DNA of 63,999 nucleotides, filler included, from Phoronis australis (Eukaryota > Animalia > Phoronida): assembly GCA_002633005.1 (NCBI GenBank). It is 9 parts of 9 records of this genome, joined end to end, with 100 filler letters (N's around TTAATTAATTAA, not from the genome) between each part and the next. Parts side by side here need not be neighbours in the genome. Positions count along the whole stretch, not along the records: positions 62,892 to 63,999 come from NMRA01000585.1; 8 more parts are not named here. One strand, written 5' to 3'. Shown piece by piece: positions 62,792 through 63,999 of this stretch. The notes beneath the pieces were generated by a model. That model searched no databases, was not told the origin of the DNA, and saw only the letters and a program-made list of their open reading frames with translations. Positions within the stretch are counted from its first letter, which is position 1. Every line of letters starts with the position of its first letter. The position numbers and the translations under genes were made by a program.

Positions 62792-62891
62792 NNNNNNNNN
62801 NNNNNNNNNNNNNNNNNNNNNNNNNNNNNNNNNNNTTAATTAATTAANNNNNNNNNNNNNNNNNNNNNNNNNNNNNNNNNNNNNNNNNNNN
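62792..62891. other. Artificial contig spacer
   Basis: N44-TTAATTAATTAA-N44. Confidence 0.97.
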
Positions 62892-63149
62892 TGTCTGGTT
62901 ATCTCGTTGTTGTTCAAGTATCTCCTTGCTATCTGTAGGATCTTGAAACACAGGCATGTGTGGGAGTCATTGGTCCACTATGAATGTGTGCATGTACTTT
63001 GAACCACAGCCTATACATAAAAATGGATGGTAGTTGACTTGATTTGATGAGCAGGGTCGCTATCAGACAGGTGTATCTTGCCACTGTGTGTACATTACAT
63101 GTACTAGTCTATACCCAGGATATTGTGCTGTCGATGTTTGTGCCTGTTA

Positions 63150-63520
63150 CTGATGTCAAGTCTGTAGAGCTGGTGAACAATGTACACTAAAGGATTTAGT
63201 TCCAGCAGTGAGAGAAGTAGACAGTATATGAAATCATGAAGGAATCTGACTTCATGACTGTGATGTTGAACCCATGAAACAAGTGGAAGTAGTTGAATTG
63301 TCGTCCGTCATATTTCATGATCCATATTAAACAAAAGTGGTGACAAGAGACATTGTGAAGCAGACGTTGTAGAGGACACACTTTGATGGGAGCAACTGGT
63401 GGGAGAAACAGTTGTGGCGTTGGTCTGTGGTTTAGCTGATCCATAGCTCTCTGATGATCTGGCAATGTTCACTTGGGGTGTGCTTATATCTTCCAATACC
63501 CAGTCATGACAATGTGTGTT
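63150..63520 (-). pseudogene. Possible non-LTR RT relic
   Basis: QCLLSPLLFNM motif (RT subdomain 4-like); surrounding frames broken. Confidence 0.4.
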
Positions 63521-63573
63521 CATCCTCCAGTTCCACTGTGCCTACATGTATGGTGCTTTCCCTAGATGTTTAA

Positions 63574-63999
63574 AGGCGAAGGCAACCTTTTTCCATGTCA
63601 TTTTGAGCTAAAATATGGTTGGTTGGTTATCCTAGACATACTTTCCACTTAATTCCAGCTTTTCGTAATTTTATTAATTACTCGTCCGCTACTGCGGAAG
63701 TGACGTTTAAGGAGGCAAGCATTTCCCGCCACTTGGTTTTGCGTTGACTTTACCGTGCGAATCTGTTCTATTCTACTTTTGTTTTGTGCTGTTTTTCAAC
63801 AATTGTCCCCACCACTTTCCATCGGCGAGTATTCTGCAGCAAGATAGGTTAGTAGAGAACTCAACTACGTTGGATTTAGGGAATGTTTAGTGTGTTGTAA
63901 GCTGTAAATGGCTGGAGTCGGTGACCCGTATCACAGTGACAGTAGTGTGAGTGACGGAGACCTTGTTCACAGCAGTGGTGACGAGGAATTTTTTCACGG
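63574..63999 (+). mobile_element. Left arm of a second copy of the Kolobok-like THAP element; runs off the window
   Basis: TTAA|AGGCGAAGGCAACC..., colinear with 28360-28786. Confidence 0.92.

Overview
Animal (metazoan) genomic DNA, not prokaryotic: AT-rich, with GT-AG spliced exons and dense transposon debris. The repeat types and the lectin/CUB exons suggest a marine invertebrate, probably a lophotrochozoan (inference). The window is nine unrelated pieces joined by eight identical artificial 100-nt spacers (N44-TTAATTAATTAA-N44), so synteny across spacers is meaningless. Host genes recognised: first exon of a secreted NtA/TIMP-like protein (331-643, -); a SUEL-lectin exon and a CUB-like exon (30980-31276 and 25472-25831, -); four BIRC6 exons (50981-53837, -); the 5' part of MGST3 (56142-57017, +); and the last two exons of ADPGK (58139-61699, -). 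Mobile DNA: a full-length but dead Gmr1-like Gypsy LTR element (17633-23658; SCAN-like gag, integrase before RT, tRNA-Arg PBS, AAGAT TSD); Jockey-like, HERO-like and other LINE relics; Kolobok-type TTAA elements, one with the start of a THAP gene inside both inverted arms; a TA-TSD element carrying a HIRAN fragment; MITEs with 5- and 8-bp TSDs; Helentron/HINE-type satellite; a ~1-kb macrosatellite built from transposase fragments; and an unclassified repeat combining a tRNA-like Pol III cassette with a perfect 22-bp palindrome, present as two facing copies. All family assignments come from motif recognition by eye, without database searches.
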